DNA from: a bacterium
GTDB lineage: Bacteria; UBA8248; JACPRG01; G963555815
Reading direction: 5' to 3'
DNA length: 64,000 bases
NCBI GenBank assembly: GCA_965261595.1
Contig: CBDHDG010000004.1
Span: 871,197-935,196 of the forward strand
In this document: positions 1-9,970 of the stretch, piece by piece
Layout: each line of letters opens with the position of its first letter
Numbering within the stretch: the first letter of the stretch is position 1
Position numbers and translations under genes: made by a program
The notes under the pieces: model-generated
What the model saw: only the letters and a program-made list of their open reading frames with translations
Database searches by the model: none
Told to the model about the DNA's origin: nothing

Positions 1-867
1 CAGTTCGTTCGTCCGTTTCTCGGCGATCCCGCGCGATTTATTTCAGACACATTGGAGCCCTTTGCCGATGCGTTCACATTCTCTGAAGACCACAGCAAGA
101 TCAGTGCACTTTTTGGGACACATACGGCTCGACTCCTTGAATCATTGGGGCGTTTGGACAACAAGGATTGGATACCCCCCTTGTTGTTGCGATTCAAACA
201 GCATTTGGAAAACGGACACGTCGATATTTCTGAATTCATTATGAAACTCGAACGACTGGCATACTACCTTTTTATTATTCGCGCTGACGTCAACACGCGG
301 ATGGCCAGATATGCCGATGTTTTGGAAGAGATTGATCCGCATTCGAATCGCACCCAACGGTCTTCCGGTCTCGAACTTGATAATGTAGAAGCCTACGATT
401 TCTTCACGGCACTAGATGGTCCTATTTACCTAAAGAGCCGTGTCGTCAAATCTCTTTTACTGAGGTTGGAGTTAAGTCTGTCAGATGGATCTGCTTCATA
501 TGACTATCCAACTATTTCCGTAGAGCATGTCTGCCCGCAAACCATAGGGTCAGGAAGTCAGTGGGACAGCTGGTTTAGTGTCCGACAAACGCATACAGAG
601 TGGCTACACCGTGCGGCCAACCTAGTCCTCCTGACCCATCGGAAAAACTCCAGCGCAAGCAATTGGGACCTGGACAAGAAGAAGAAAACCTACTTCACTA
701 GAAATGATGCCTGTCCATTCTTGCTTACTCGTCATGTTCTCGACGAGATCGAGTGGACGCCAGCAGTACTACAAGAGCGTCAAGTGCAAGTACTGCGTTC
801 GCTAGCTAAGTCCTGGGAAATTACAGAGCAGTTCGATAGTTGGCTAGTTGTCCGGGATGTACTTTGA
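1..867 (+). CDS. GmrSD-like (DUF262/DUF1524) putative modification-dependent restriction protein, C-terminal part; 5' end lies outside the window
   Basis: Frame is open from the window start. DUF1524 HNH-like motif SVEHVCPQ...ANLVLLTHRKNSSASN, followed by the WTP...ERQ tail typical of the family. Confidence 0.85.
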   Translation, partial: QFVRPFLGDPARFISDTLEPFADAFTFSEDHSKISALFGTHTARLLESLGRLDNKDWIPPLLLRFKQHLENGHVDISEFIMKLERLAYYLFIIRADVNTRMARYADVLEEIDPHSNRTQRSSGLELDNVEAYDFFTALDGPIYLKSRVVKSLLLRLELSLSDGSASYDYPTISVEHVCPQTIGSGSQWDSWFSVRQTHTEWLHRAANLVLLTHRKNSSASNWDLDKKKKTYFTRNDACPFLLTRHVLDEIEWTPAVLQERQVQVLRSLAKSWEITEQFDSWLVVRDVL

Positions 868-1028
868 TCAGCGCAGTTCTATGGAGCTTTGCTCGATCCA
901 GGGCCCAGACGAATTCCGACCAAATCTCTAAAGATACGGTCGAGCGGTGGCGTTCGCATTCGGTTATTGAAGGTAGCATGTAGGGCTCCAGGTTTGTGAC
1001 CGAACAATTTCTTACAACGTTCCGCGGT

Positions 1029-2119
1029 TCATGCTGCACGCGATGATCGTGCGCGGAAACGCACGATGAAAGCAGGGCTGCACTCTGGTACCAACGCCCG
1101 GGACGGAAAGCTGTGACGGCAGTCGTGGATGCGTGTGTCCTTGAGCCCGGCGCGGTCGAAGATCAAATTCAAGGGTCGTTTTGGTTGCGGATCGGTCGGC
1201 CCTCGATCTTGTACGAGATGACCCAAGGAATGTCCGGTAGGCGCAGGATCCTCTGCAGCACGCGCACGGCTGTCGGCGCGAGCGAGACTGCCCGTGGACC
1301 GGTCTTGGTGTCAGGCAATCTGAGCTCGTTCGCCTTGAGGTCCACCTCGTCCCAGCGAAGCGAGAGGATCTCGTTCTTCCGGCATCCGGTCAGCAGAAGC
1401 AGGCGGATAGCCGCCACCGCGTGAACCGAAACCCCCTTGCAGGTCTCCGCCTCGTCCAGCACCCGGCCGAGACGCCGGAACCCCTCCCCGGTCAGGAACC
1501 GGTCGCGGGCGCGCTCACGGTACTTGACCACCAGCCGGCACGGGTTGGCGGCCTCCGGGATCAGCCCCCGGTCCCCGGCCGCGTTGTAGATCCGCGAGAG
1601 CACGTCCACCACGCGGTTCGCCATGAACGGCGTATCCCGGAGCTTGTGGTGCAACTCGCTCACATGGACGTGCCCGACCGCAAGCGCGGGCATCCTGCCG
1701 AGCGCGGGCAGGATGTGTTTCCGGACGGCCTGGCCGTACATCTCCACCGTCTTCGGCTTGCACCGCACCGCGACGTGTTCTTCGAGATACGCCCGGGCAA
1801 GCTCCGCCACCGTCGGTCCACCGGCCAGCCTGGCCGACATGGGTTCGGGGACCGGCTCCTCGCCCGCCTTGATCCGCGCGATGATAAGCGCCGCCCGCCT
1901 GCGCGCCTCCTCAGCCGTAACGACGCCGTGGCGTCCCACCGTCACCCGCTTCGCCGCCCGGCCGCCCGCGCGGGTCTGCACCACGTAGTACTTGCTCCCC
2001 GACGGATAGACCCGTACCCCGAAACCGCTCAGTTCGCTGTCCCAGAACACCGTGTCCTTCCCGACCTTGAGCGCCTCCACCGTACGTCTGGAAATCGTCT
2101 TCGTCTCAAACCTCGCCAT
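1029..2119 (-). pseudogene. Tyrosine recombinase/integrase with N-terminal Arm-DNA-binding domain; C-terminus frameshifted and degenerate
   Basis: FWDSELSGFGVRV Arm motif and LLLLTGCRKNEI (catalytic R). The ORF stops at 1169, the HxxR box (RIHDCRHSF) lies in another frame (1029-1226), and the LGH and catalytic Tyr motifs are missing. Confidence 0.85.
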
Positions 2120-2131
2120 ACCTCTCCTCCC

Positions 2132-3310
2132 TCACGCGGAGCCGTTCAGAACGTCCGCCCCGATGCTGCCGCCGACCTTCGCGGCGGAGGCCCTCTCGGT
2201 ATCACGCGCGAGATGCGCATACCGCGCCGTCGTCGTGACCTTTTGATGACCCAGGAGCTTTCCGATCATCGGAAGTCCCTCGCCGAGGGCCAGCGCCCTC
2301 GACGCATAGCTGTGCCGGCAGTCGTGGATGCGGACGTCCTCGAGCCCGGCGCGCGCCCGGAGCCTGAGCCAGATGCCGTCCAGGTTCTTGAGATGCTCCC
2401 CCGGGTTCCGTCCGGTGATGACCCAGGGGTTGTCCTCAAGGCGCGGAATCCCGGCGAGCACCGCCTCCACCACCGGCGTCAGCGGAGCCCGCCGCGCGCC
2501 CGTTTTCGCATCCTGTATCCGCAGTTCGCCCGCCGTGCGGTCGATGTCGTCCCACCGCAGCGTCACGATCTCGTTCTTCCGGCATCCGGTCAGAAGCAAC
2601 AGGCGGAGCGCGGCGACCCCGGAGGCGAGCGCCGAACCGTCACTCTCGGCCTCGTCCAGTACCTCTCCCAGCCGCCGGTATTCCTCGGGCGTCAAGAACC
2701 GCTCCCGGCGCCGTTCCCTGTAGCGCCGCACCGAGCGGCACGGGTTCCGCCTCGGCGGCGTCATGCCCCAGGCCTCGGCGAGCTTGAACATCTTCGCCAG
2801 CACGCTCACCGTCTGGTTGGCCTGGTAGGGCTTGTTCCGGAGTTTGTAATGGAGCGCCGAGACATGGGACCGTTCCACGGCGGACAGTGCGAGTGCCCCC
2901 AGTTCCGGCGCGATATACAGATCGACCACGCGCCGGAACACTTCCACGGTGTTCGGCCGGCAGTTCACCTCGACATGGGACCGCATGTAGCGCTCGGCCA
3001 GATCGGCCACCGTCGGTTCCGGTGCGGGAGGAGGAGGATGCGGATCCTCGCCCCGCTTGATCCTGTCGATCACGACGGCGGCCTCCCGGCGCGCCGCATC
3101 GGCGGAGATATCCCCGTGCCGGTCGATGGAGGCGCGCCTGGGTCCACCGGACGGACCCCGCGTCTGTACGACATAGACCTTGCGGCCACCGGCGTAGACC
3201 CGCACCCCGAAGCCGGGGAGTTCCCGGTCCCAGAAGACGGCGTCCCCGTCTTTGACCGCGAGCGCGTCGACGACTCGTTTGCTGAGCTTGACTGCATCCT
3301 TCCGGACCAT
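2132..3310 (-). CDS. Tyrosine recombinase/integrase with Arm-DNA-binding domain, intact
   Basis: 392 aa. Motifs FWDRELPGFGVRV, TGCRKNEI, RIHDCRHSYAS and LLGH...TTARYAH give a full catalytic set. GGAG RBS upstream. Confidence 0.95.
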   Translation of the reverse strand: MVRKDAVKLSKRVVDALAVKDGDAVFWDRELPGFGVRVYAGGRKVYVVQTRGPSGGPRRASIDRHGDISADAARREAAVVIDRIKRGEDPHPPPPAPEPTVADLAERYMRSHVEVNCRPNTVEVFRRVVDLYIAPELGALALSAVERSHVSALHYKLRNKPYQANQTVSVLAKMFKLAEAWGMTPPRRNPCRSVRRYRERRRERFLTPEEYRRLGEVLDEAESDGSALASGVAALRLLLLTGCRKNEIVTLRWDDIDRTAGELRIQDAKTGARRAPLTPVVEAVLAGIPRLEDNPWVITGRNPGEHLKNLDGIWLRLRARAGLEDVRIHDCRHSYASRALALGEGLPMIGKLLGHQKVTTTARYAHLARDTERASAAKVGGSIGADVLNGSA

Positions 3311-3322
3311 GGGAATGTCTCC

Positions 3323-4196
3323 TGTATAGGTTCAGATAGATGAGAGACATCTCCTTGGTTAGGGAGTAGAGTGCCAGGGGCCACGAGAGAGGAGGTCCCT
3401 GGATGCAAGTGTTTGGGTGGCCCCCGAGGGCCGGGCTCGTCTTCGCGCCCTGAGCCTTTGGCGGGAGAGCGGGAATGCGAAATTGGTTTGCAGCACATTT
3501 GGGGTGAGCCGGGCCACGCTGTACCGCTGGCGGAAGCGGTTTGACCCCCGAGACCTGCCGACCCTGCAGGAGCGCACGCGCCGGCCGCGCCGGGTGAGGC
3601 AGCCCACGTGGTCGCCAGAGCTGGTGAAGGCGGTCTTGCAGCTTCGGGAGCAGTACCCCCGGTGGGGAAAGGCCAAGCTGGCGGTCCTGCTTCGACGCGA
3701 GGGGTTGGTGACCTCGGTCTCGACGGTGGGCCGCATCCTGGCCGATCTCAAGCGCCGGCGACTGCTGGTCGAGCCGAGGGGCAAGGTGGTGAGCGCGAAG
3801 CGGCGTCGGGCGCGGCGGCCTTACGCCACGCGCAAGCCCAAGGGCTATGTGCCCGGCCTTCCCGGAGACCTGGTCCAGGTGGACGGGGGCTCGGAGTTCC
3901 GGGCGGTGTTCGAGGCGGCGTGCGCGGAGCGGGAGATTTTGCTCTTTGAGCTGCCACCCCGCTCGCCCAAGCTCAACGGCCGTGTGGAGCGAGCCAACAG
4001 GACCCATACGGAGGAGTTCTACGAGGTGTACGAACTCCCCTGGACGGTGGCCTCGCTCAACGTCCGCCTTCGCGAGTGGGAGCAAGTCTATAACCACATT
4101 CGACCCCACTGGGCCCTGGACTACCTGACGCCCGCCCAGGTCCTGGAGACATTCAAAAAAACGGCCCCGGTGTCTCATATGTCTTGAACCCATACA
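3323..4196 (+). mobile_element. IS481-family element, internally deleted
   Basis: TGT...ACA termini with imperfect inverted repeats (TGTATAGGTTCAGATAGATGAGAGACA versus the reverse complement TGTATGGGTTCAAGACATATGAGACA). No target duplication is evident. Confidence 0.85.
3417..4187 (+). pseudogene. IS481-family transposase with an in-frame deletion in the DDE core
   Basis: HTH (GVSRATLYRW), PRWGKAKL, NGRVERANRT and YNHIRPH motifs are present. PGDLVQVD runs straight into GGSEF, so the segment between the first and second catalytic Asp is missing. Confidence 0.75.
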
Positions 4197-4304
4197 CGCC
4201 CTTGACATTTTGCACCGCTGTTGGTGTGCACAGGCGGTAAACAGAACGATTCCACCGCATTGCCGAAGGCTATAGAATAGAAGACATGAGCAAGAAGAGG
4301 GACA

Positions 4305-5855
4305 GTGACAGCTATGGTTCGCTTATTCCATCATAAGGACGAGACAATACATGGCGACCTTTTGATTGAGGAGAACTCGTCAGGTAGCCGAGTAGAGGTT
4401 TCTTACGTCCCGCCTCCATTGAGGTTGGCTGAGTTCGGCATAAATCCTGATGAGGCAGGTAAATATGCAACAAAGCTTTTAGAGTTCGACACTGTTTCCG
4501 GTAAGTTTAGTATTTTCCCCATAAAGACAGTGGGTCCGAGTGAAACTTTTCTCAAACCAAAATATGAGAAGATACGGAAAATCACACTGACTGACGGGAA
4601 CCCGGTAATCTTGACAAGTGCTGGGGACAGTGACTCGTTGAAAGACTATGCTCGTTCACTAACGTTCGGGCCTACGCAACATTTTGAAGACGATGTTGAT
4701 GCTGCGGACATTGCAGAGTCGCCAGAGTCGACGGACCAGATTATGGAAATTCTGGAAAGCCTTCCATCTGGATTTACCAAAGATTATGACTACGGCCTGG
4801 GGCTTGCCAAATCGTACCGATTCATCGTGGAGGCCGTAGAAGAGCTAACGGACTGCACGGAGATCGTGATATCGGCGCAGGGTAAGACGAGTGTGGATGA
4901 CGCAGGGACAATATTCCATATTGCAACTGAGGATTTTGAAACGATCCGCAAGATGCTGAATTCTACGACACGAATGGGTCAAGTTGTGGGAAGGTCCGTA
5001 AAAAGTGGAGAAGCATATAATTTCTTTGCTGAAATTCTTGGTCGACCGGAAATTCCAATAAAGGTGGGACGTCATCGGTTACGAAAACTGCTCACGAGAG
5101 CAGTGTTAGACGATGACACAAATCTGTCAGAGGAAGAACAAGAAGAGGTAATTGGTGTCATAACCCGGAGCATGAAGTCTATTTCGGAGAGCAGGCTTGA
5201 AACACTGGTACGATTACGAAATGATATAGAGCTCGTCAATCTTGGAAGTTTGATCGATCGCTTCCGGGTGATGCTTGGAGGAAGTCATGCCGAGTCTGTA
5301 TGGCAAGAATTCTTCAATGAGAACCCGTTCATTTTGAGCATGGCATTTGGGTATCCTATCATTAAGGTTGGACAGCAAGCATTTATCGGAGGCCGAAAGC
5401 TCTCCGGAAGAGGAGAGAAGATCACGGATTTTCTAGTGAAGAATACTATGACGAACAACACGGCGGTAGTAGAGATAAAGACACCGGGCGCGAAACTCTT
5501 GAAGGAAAAGCAGTTTCGGGGCGGCGTTTTTTCGCCATCAAAGGACCTTTCGGAATCCACTATTCAAGCACTCGATCAGAAATATCAACTTCAACGTGAT
5601 ATTTCTGGAATAAAGGACAGAAGTAGAGAGCCTGATATTGAATCTTATGCCGTCCAATGCTGCTTAGTAATTGGGACCATGCCGGAGACAGACGACGAGA
5701 AAAAATCCTTCGAACTCTTTAGAGGAAATTCAAAGGATGTGCAGATCGTTACATTCGATGAACTGTTGGAGAAATTGGTCCGATTGAGAGACCTATTGGC
5801 GTCCTCTGACGATGCCGAGGAGGAGCTATCGCCTGAGGTGGACGTACCGTTCTGA
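4305..5855 (+). CDS. sduA: Shedu anti-phage nuclease (C-terminal DUF4263) with a long N-terminal domain
   Basis: C-terminal motifs ESVWQEFFNENPFIL, KITDFL, VVEIKTP, LSESTIQ, CLVIG and IVTFDELLEKL match DUF4263. GC is lower than the flanks. Confidence 0.88.
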   Translation: MTAMVRLFHHKDETIHGDLLIEENSSGSRVEVSYVPPPLRLAEFGINPDEAGKYATKLLEFDTVSGKFSIFPIKTVGPSETFLKPKYEKIRKITLTDGNPVILTSAGDSDSLKDYARSLTFGPTQHFEDDVDAADIAESPESTDQIMEILESLPSGFTKDYDYGLGLAKSYRFIVEAVEELTDCTEIVISAQGKTSVDDAGTIFHIATEDFETIRKMLNSTTRMGQVVGRSVKSGEAYNFFAEILGRPEIPIKVGRHRLRKLLTRAVLDDDTNLSEEEQEEVIGVITRSMKSISESRLETLVRLRNDIELVNLGSLIDRFRVMLGGSHAESVWQEFFNENPFILSMAFGYPIIKVGQQAFIGGRKLSGRGEKITDFLVKNTMTNNTAVVEIKTPGAKLLKEKQFRGGVFSPSKDLSESTIQALDQKYQLQRDISGIKDRSREPDIESYAVQCCLVIGTMPETDDEKKSFELFRGNSKDVQIVTFDELLEKLVRLRDLLASSDDAEEELSPEVDVPF

Positions 5856-6374
5856 ATCGGCAAGTGGGTTCTATTCAAGTGGATTAGGAATGTTCGTCAT
5901 GCATGGCCCGAGTGAAGTGGCAGGAAAACCTGAAGAGGTGTGGAGACCATGGGTTTAAAAAAGTGTCGGAATGGAAGAGTATCGGCGGGTTTGCATACAG
6001 TGGCGCATTGATATTGCTGGAAACGGTAGCTGGGTGTTATTTGGGAGATGTTCGAATGCAAGGCCATAACGCGGCAGTTCGGGTTGCGATGGACACAGGT
6101 TTGGCTGCGTGGACGGGGAGCGTGGACTGTGTGGACCCTGCGGAACGGGGAGTGCGTGGGCTGTGGAATCGCTGTGTGGTTGGGGCAGGCACAAGTGCGC
6201 TTGACCCAGAAGATTTCGGGTGTGGTGGACTTACCCCGGTTTGGTGGAGAGTTAAGCACTTGGGTTTTCAGGGTGTGCGTTGTTGTCTCCTTTCGTAGTT
6301 AACGGGTGACAGGTTGTCGATGGAGGAGTACCGGGCAAATCTGGCTTGTAATCAATGAATAGGGGCGGAGCGGA

Positions 6375-8222
6375 ATGCAGGTTAGCCGACTGACGCTGGA
6401 GAACTTTCGAGGAAGCAAGTCTGCCGAGCTTGAATTCGATGGACATACGTTACTAATCGGCGGGAACAATGTCGGCAAGTCCACGATTTGCGAAGCACTT
6501 GAGCTTGCGCTCGGGCCGGACAGGCAAAGGCGGTTTCCTGTCGTTGAGGAGTACGACTTCTACAACGCGGTCTACTTGGACGAGAACGAAGATCCGGTAG
6601 AAATCCGGATCGAGGTGCTGTTGACGGACGTGACGCCGACGATTGAGAAGGCTTGCGGCAACTATCTGGAGCGCTGGGACCCGGCGAACCGGCGGATTCT
6701 TGGTCAAGGCGAGATTGGCCAGGTCGATGGTGCAGGGTTCGTTTGGTGCCTGCGGCTCTTGACCGTTGCACGCTACGACCAGGAAGAGGACGAGTTCGAG
6801 GCGGCGACGTACTACGCTAGGGCCTATGACCCAGAGGATGAGGACGACAGCCGTGTTCCCCGGGCGATTAAGCGCAACTTCGGTTTTCTTTACTTGCGTG
6901 CCCTTCGCACCGGGTCCAGGGCGCTCAGCTTGGAGCGCGGGTCGCTCCTGGACGTGATACTCCGCATTCAGAGCCTTCAGACAGGTATTTGGGAGCATGT
7001 CCGACGGCGGCTAGAAGCATTAGACCCGCCCATTGAGGAAGGCGCCGCCAAACTTACACCGGTGCTTCGGACCATCGAAGCCCGTCTCGCCGAGTACATT
7101 GCGATCGCCAAACCGGGCGAAGCGACACGCTTGTTCGTGTCGCAGCTGACACGCGAGCATCTTCGCAAGACCCTAAGTTTCTTCATCTCCGTCACGGAAG
7201 ACCAGAAGCCTGTTCCATTTCAGGACGTCGGAACGGGAACGCTTAACACCTTGGTGCTGGCGCTTCTGAGTTTCATCGCCTAGCTCAAGGAAGAGAACGT
7301 CATCTTCGCCATGGAGGAGCCGGAGATCGCGCTCGCTCCCCACACACAGAGGCGAATTGCGACCTATCTCTTGACGAAGACGACCCAGTGCTTCGTCACC
7401 TCACACTCGCCGTACGTGATCGAGACCTTCGATCCTGATCGCATCGTCGTCCTGCGGAGGGACAACAAGGGGACAGTCACGGGCAAGCGGGTAACTCTCA
7501 GCGCGGATGTGAAAGCGAAGACGTATCGCCGCTATATCCGTCGCGGGTTTGCGGAGGCCATGTTGGGCCGCGGTGTCGTCGTGGCTGAAGGGATCACAGA
7601 GCAGTTGGCCCTCCAAGCGGTGGCCGAGAAGCTCGAGTCTTCCGATGATGCCCGATATCCGCTGGATCTGTCGGGCATCACGGTGATCACAACGGATGGC
7701 GATGGCAGCATCGCGGAGTTCGGACGCTTCTTCGTGTCGCTCGACCTGCCGACCTTTGCCTTTTTTGACAAGAGGGAACGGTCCGCGAATGAACAGAAGG
7801 CTTTGGACGAGGCCGGTTTTCAGATCCTCAACGAGACTGCGTACGCCGGCATGGAGGACCTGCTGGCCGCTGAGGTTCCGTTGAAGCATCAGTGGGCATA
7901 CCTTGAAGGGGTTCGGGAGTCTGGCGTTGCGCCCAAGATTCTGATACCCGCAGCACCCCCGGGTGATGACAAGATTCGCAATTTCACCCGTCAGGTACTG
8001 AAGGATAGCAAAGGATGGGGTCGGGCGGCCGACTTGATCGAACGCTGCGAGGTGGTCGAGTTGCCACCCACTATCGTCGGATTTCTTGAGCGGATTTACG
8101 CACAGTTCCCGCGTCCCAAGAGACCGGAGATTGCCGGGCCTGACGGAGAGGCGGCGGAAGATCCAGCAGAAGGAGCCAAGCCCGCTGGTGCTGTGGAGCC
8201 GCAGCCTGCGGAGGATGCATGA
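6375..8222 (+). pseudogene. gajA: OLD-family ABC-ATPase/TOPRIM nuclease (Gabija GajA-like), interrupted by one in-frame TAG at 7281-7283
   Basis: LENFRG and Walker A GGNNVGKST lie in 6375-7283. The same frame continues LKEENVIFAMEEPE (Walker B), TSHSP and TOPRIM VAEGITE to 8222 (615 codons in total). Confidence 0.85.
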
Positions 8223-9952
8223 CCTTCGTTTCCTGTCCCGATCGAGACCGCGTTCTAGCAGCGGACGGTCATGTTGTCGTTACGGGAGGACCTGGCTGCG
8301 GAAAAACAACGGTTGCGCTCCGCAAAGCGTTGCTACGGGTTGGAGCCGGGTTGCTGGCGGGTCAGAAGGTGCTGTTCCTCAGCTTCTCTCGGGCGGCTGT
8401 TGCCCGCATCGTACAGGCGGCTCGTAAGGACTTGCCGAGAGAGTCCCGCAGGGATCTCGACATTCAGACCTTTCACTCATTCTGTTGGCAGCTCGTACGG
8501 GGGCATGGTTATCTCCTGGGTGCTGTGTCACCGATAAGCCTGCTGCCCCCGCACGATGAACGTGCGATACGCAACGGCGCCAGGAACTACGACCCGGTCT
8601 GGGATGCCGAACGGGAACGTCTCTTCCTCGAAGAGGGGCGCATCGCCTTCGATCTGTTCGCGCCCAAGGCTCTCGCGCTTCTTGAGGGGAGCGCAGCGCA
8701 TAGGCAGCTGATCGCTGATCGCTATCCGCTAATCATCGTGGACGAGGCGCAGGACACGGGCACGGAGCAGTGGGCCTGCATGGAAGCGCTCGCCAACCTC
8801 ACTCAGCTCGTGTGCCTTGCCGACCTAGAGCAGCAGATCTACGGCTTCAGGCCTGACGTGAGTCCTGAGCGCCTTAAACAGATCATGGCAGCGCTTGAAC
8901 CGTTGGAGGTGGACCTTGGTGTTCAGAACAACCGCAGCCCTGGGGCGGAGATCGTCAAGTTCGGTAACGATATCCTCGCACAGACGCCGCGAGGTTCCGC
9001 CTATACGGGTGTCAGCCAGCGGATGTTCCACCCAGAGGCTGCATCGCGCGACAGTGCCATTCGCAGCGCCGTAGGGATGCTCTGGAAAAGGACCACCGAG
9101 ACGACGGGGGCGCCACCGCAGAGCATTGGCTACCTGACGAACTGGGGTAAAGGTGTAACGATCATCGCCCGTGCACTTCAGGGCGGCGACGGCATCAAGG
9201 AAATCCCGCACCGTGTTGTCATGGACGAGGCCGAGGTGCTCCTCGCTACACGTGTCGTTGCCCTTTGCCTGGAACCGGTCAGAGATCGCTGGGCAACTCT
9301 GGCAAGCGGGCTTGACTTGATTGGCAAGTTGTACCGGGCGCGGGGCACAGCGAAGAAGGTTGAGCAGCTAGGCAGAAACGCCGCTGATGCTCGCGAGGAA
9401 AGGGTGCGGGGAAACGCAAAATGTCCACATGCCCTGAAGGATATTCTTGAGTATCTGCAAGCCAATCCCCACAGCGGAAGTCCCGGGCGGGATTGGCTGA
9501 GCGTCCGGGGCATGTTTGAGGCCAGCGGCGCGGCGGAGCTGCGGTTGGTTGCTCGTCAGGTCATTTATTTGATGGGTTTTAACCGCGGACGACGGATTTC
9601 TGATGCCCTTGCCGAGGTTTGGCAGCGGCGTGCAAGCTACGAGGGGGCGCGTGCCCTCATCGAAACGGCGGTTACCGAGGACCAGATCATCGGCAGCGAT
9701 GGTGGCTTGAGCGGCATCAACGTAATGATCATGCACAAATCCAAGGGGAAGGAATTCGACGGGGTGATCATCCTGCACTTGGGCAATAGCATGTCGCCTT
9801 TGTCACCAGACTATGAGCGGGCACCGCATTTGAAGAGTCGACGATTGCTCCGGGTTGGGATAACGCGGGCGAAGCAGCACGTTCTGATGCTGACCGATGC
9901 GTATAGTCATTCGCCACTCCTGAAGAGACACAGTCTCAATCGCCAAGGATGA
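8219..9952 (+). CDS. gajB: UvrD/SF1A helicase (Gabija GajB-like)
   Basis: Motifs GGPGCGKTT, IQTFHSF, IVDEAQD, MHKSKGKEFD and VGITRAK. ATGA overlap with the OLD nuclease gene. Confidence 0.88.
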   Translation: MTFVSCPDRDRVLAADGHVVVTGGPGCGKTTVALRKALLRVGAGLLAGQKVLFLSFSRAAVARIVQAARKDLPRESRRDLDIQTFHSFCWQLVRGHGYLLGAVSPISLLPPHDERAIRNGARNYDPVWDAERERLFLEEGRIAFDLFAPKALALLEGSAAHRQLIADRYPLIIVDEAQDTGTEQWACMEALANLTQLVCLADLEQQIYGFRPDVSPERLKQIMAALEPLEVDLGVQNNRSPGAEIVKFGNDILAQTPRGSAYTGVSQRMFHPEAASRDSAIRSAVGMLWKRTTETTGAPPQSIGYLTNWGKGVTIIARALQGGDGIKEIPHRVVMDEAEVLLATRVVALCLEPVRDRWATLASGLDLIGKLYRARGTAKKVEQLGRNAADAREERVRGNAKCPHALKDILEYLQANPHSGSPGRDWLSVRGMFEASGAAELRLVARQVIYLMGFNRGRRISDALAEVWQRRASYEGARALIETAVTEDQIIGSDGGLSGINVMIMHKSKGKEFDGVIILHLGNSMSPLSPDYERAPHLKSRRLLRVGITRAKQHVLMLTDAYSHSPLLKRHSLNRQG

Positions 9953-9970
9953 TGCGTCGGGACATGTTGG

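Noticed and set aside
1421..3343. 640-aa plus-strand ORF and other long antisense ORFs (15694-17271, 27634-28881, 40561-42078, 49457-51601, 55213-58146, 59087-60790)
   Set aside because: Shadow frames of real genes in GC-rich DNA; no recognisable motifs.
5856..6374. G/T-skewed spacer with short ORFs between Shedu and Gabija
   Set aside because: No RBS, motif, repeat or RNA structure that I can support; left unannotated.
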